Positions 34,930 through 38,121 of a DNA stretch of 38,121 bases are shown piece by piece. The first letter of the stretch is position 1. Each line of letters opens with the position of its first letter. This DNA comes from Octopus bimaculoides (lineage: Eukaryota): contig NC_068983.1 in the NCBI RefSeq assembly GCF_001194135.2, positions 60,030,430 to 60,068,550 of the forward strand, in the 5' to 3' direction. A program made the position numbers and the translations under genes. The notes beneath the pieces were generated by a model. It worked only from the letters and a program-made list of their open reading frames with translations. It did no database searches and was not told where the DNA came from.

Positions 34930-37900
34930 NNNNNNNNNNNNNNNNNNNNNNNNNNNNNNNNNNNNNNNNNNNNNNNNNNNNNNNNNNNNNNNNNNNNNNN
35001 NNNNTATATATACACACACACACATATGAGGGTGCATAGCCTTGTGGTTAGGGTGTTGGACTCATAATCACGAGATCGTGGTTTCAATTCTTAGACCAGG
35101 AGGTGCGTGTTGTGTTCTTGAGCAAAGCATTTCATCTCACATTGTCCTGTGATCACTTCGACACTTAATGCATGGCACATAGTACACCTGTTCAAACAAC
35201 ATCGATTTGATGGAGAAAGTGAGCTTGTGTGGCATGAACATTAGATCACTAAAAACAATTCATTTGTACAGGTCATTCAGCTTTTGCCATCATCAACAGG
35301 ATAGTCCACCATATATATATATATATATAAAACCATATTCCAAAAATTTGGCTTGTTGGAGCCTTCTACAGTTGTCAAGAACTCAGCTGTCAGTTAAATA
35401 CATTTTGAAATCTGATGATTGCTACGAACGTACGAAAGCACTAATTGAACTTTATGAACATTACAAAATAGTTTTTTAATGTTTAATACACTTCAACGTT
35501 GTAAAAAATATTCATATTCTTTAAAAATACCGTAATAAAAAAACATGGAAACCAGACCATGTTTTAACTTTTTTGACTGATATATTATTCTATACACATT
35601 TACACAAATTTGGAAAAAACAAATATATATANNNNNNNNNNNNNNNNNNNNNNNNNNNNNNNNNNNNNNNNNNNNNNNNNNNNNNNNNNNNNNNNNNNNN
35701 NNNNNNNNNNNNNNNNATATATATATATATAATGTATGTATAACACATGTTACCTACTTTTTAATTGGATGGTTGGATCTTGACTTATAAACTCCACTTG
35801 ATAACTGATTCTAGTCACAATGTATTCTATGTTAAGAAAGTTTTTTTTTCCACTTGTTGGCTTGTAAATTTACTGTATCATTCCACAAATAACGTACGTG
35901 AATGACTTCTCATTGATCTCTCAATAGAATCCTAACATTTTGTGTTTGCTTAAATTGAGTTTGTCTTTCATTATTTCATGCCAAAGATGTAGACTAGGCT
36001 TCTTAGTGTAGGTACACATGTGTGTGTGTGTGCATTTTTATGTATGTAGGCATGTGTATTGACAAAGTAAAACGAATGTGAAATAACGTGGAGAGTTAAA
36101 ATGCTGAAATCTTGCTAATGAATAAACACTTATACATGTGTGTTTTATGGCAGAAAACAAGACCAAAATCTACTGAAAAGACCGAGTACTATAAACATTA
36201 TACAATGCCGCATTCTTCTAAAGAATATGTGGCACCACCACATAGAAAATTGAATGCATAGATAGAATTTTGCCAGTGTTATTTTTTTCACTTTTGCTTT
36301 TATATTCAATATTGTTGTTGTTGCTGTTAGAGGTGGTGGTCGTGGTGGGGCTGAGCTGGAGGCAGCAGTAGCAGTTTTTGTTTGTTTGCTTTTTTTTTTT
36401 TTTTCTTTTGAACTACACACCATTTTGTCTCATTTCAATCAATGAAGGAAAAGAATTAATGATGGCTGCAATGATTCTGTTAAAAGGAAGTATCATACAC
36501 TGAGATGAAATGATAAAAAAAGAAGAAAAAAAAATTGAAAAAATTAAAAAATGTTTAACAAAATTGAAAATAATCCTTTCATAAAACAGCAGCCATTCGT
36601 AAGGCTAGTGCTTAGCTTTGATAAGGCTATAAATTTATTACAGAAAAAAAACACATACAGACACACATACATGCACACTCACACCTACACACATACACAC
36701 ATATATCTATATATAAATATACATATATACATATATATATATACAACACACGCATGCACACACAGAAATTTATGAAAAAAAAAGCAATGTTGTTATTTCA
36801 ACTCAAAAACTTTTCAACAAACCACTGAATACGTGCCACAATAAAATGTTTTAGGAATTGAACAACTATTTACATGAAGCCATATAATTTATCGTTGAAT
36901 ACTTTCATTTTTGAAATAATTCATTCCTTCAACTGCTTTCTGTAGTCATAAATATTGCAAAACATTTAACTAAAAATAATAAAAAATACCCTTCAAAATA
37001 TCCCCCACTCACTGCCATGAATGCAAAGATGAAATACATGTCTCCCTCTGCCACCGTCTCCATCCTACTACAGTCTTCTTTCAAATGCCTGTTGCCTATT
37101 CTTCATATTTGACTGATGTTTCTTGCATGTCATGAAGAATATGCTAAAGATATGAATACAAAAATCTTACAAGTTACAAAGAAATAAGTTTTGAACATCC
37201 ATTTTAATTCTTTTATATTTTTTATATTTTTTCTCCATAATATTTGTTACATTTTTTTCATCAATTGAATGCAGGGGAAAATGTAGTAAGAAAGTATAAC
37301 TCTAAAAACGTGCTGTTTGTACACTTCAGGGGCTTACAGTTCCTTAGTCAATGGTTCAGGGCTATGATACAGATAATGTATTATTTATTTATATATATAC
37401 ACATATATCATGTGCCCATGATATAGATATTATATTGCTTCGTAACTATGCCATTTTGCTTATCTTTCCTTAGCTAGGAAATAATAATCTAGCAATTGGG
37501 AATTTATTTACCTTTGTTTGCAAAAAGACAGATTATTTCTTGAACATTCACATTATAATTCTATTTATTCCACTAACATACCATTCACAAATGCTCATCC
37601 AAGCCTTAATCCTCAGTAAGATAATCTCAGCTGTATTATAAAAGTGCTAGATTCATGGTTACATTCCAGTCTTCTGTGAGTGGGATCAGTTGAATGAAAC
37701 AACCAAACTGCTTGTTCTGCATCTTTGTTTGGTGTCTCTACCACTAACTTATGCTTCACTCAAAGTTAACACAGATATCGAGATTGGAGAGCTTTATAAT
37801 TCCACCCTTGCTCTATATGAACTTATGGCTTTTTAAGGGAGAAGTTAACACTTGATCTACTGAGCCATTGCAAGCCCTTGCTAGGTTTACTGACATGTGT

Positions 37901-38089
37901 ATGATTATCTTTCCAGTATACACACACCAGCGTGTATATAGGTATCTCTCAAATACAATGCAATACTACTAAGACACAGTTAGATCAATATAACTCCAAC
38001 ACTGTAGTTTGTACATAAACTCTGTAGACCTGCAATGCAGTATGTTATTGCAGTATGAGATAATAGATAAAAACTATGTAACAGATAAA

Positions 38090-38121
<32 letters not shown>

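Noticed and set aside
35369-35479. Open frame LSRTQLSVKYILKSDDCYERTKALIELYEHYKIVF after a CAG
   Set aside because: Weak acceptor, no donor and no alpha2/delta similarity.
36593-36598. CAGCAG|CCATTC|GTAAGG as a 6-nt Pro-Phe microexon after E9
   Set aside because: It would supply the expected PF, but the polypyrimidine tract is poor and such short matches arise by chance.

Overview
AT-rich, microsatellite-rich animal genomic DNA with assembly gaps. The repeat repertoire suggests an octopus (coleoid cephalopod) scaffold; this is an inference. The window is mostly intronic. The real gene is largely invisible in the ORF track: nine short + strand exons (about 3464-27293) splice with mutually compatible phases into the second dCache region of a divergent voltage-gated calcium channel alpha2/delta subunit (CACNA2D family, closest in motifs to alpha2delta-3/4). 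One expected exon is missing, probably in an N gap. Joined peptide: xKRFYVKIMMPQLHGYAISRERE-KKDVLRNKSFRLSR-WKYCENQEETSMAKLFESIMRAKRATPEK-CDRDLVNLLAFDADMLVKLFKVWKGKKREKIK-KKGVEIIFVGTSSGLFLYEQFVDELTD-[gap]-xRLKFLDLNTTAITVSVPVLKCAGGGDRQNYTVAGVSGYQMSFYKFDELVSETFGCPNGKYCSIYNGDN-SNYTVFVIDHNGIIITSSTKTT-VGLFLGNTFEPIVMEDLWNRRVYN-NFTITDYQAECHPKNSNGPNSAEALIN. The introns hold decayed Dong/R4 and RTE LINEs, a Penelope fragment, a full-length inactive DD37D (maT) Tc1/mariner element, hAT- and piggyBac-type MITEs and several SINE families. The most interesting leads concern the channel subunit: a candidate 11-nt microexon with a frame-compensating tandem acceptor, a furin-consensus site, a recursive-splice-like site and a possible truncating terminal exon. 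All are hypotheses that need RNA data. I see no evidence of a wholly new biological system. Family comparisons are from memory, not from a database search.
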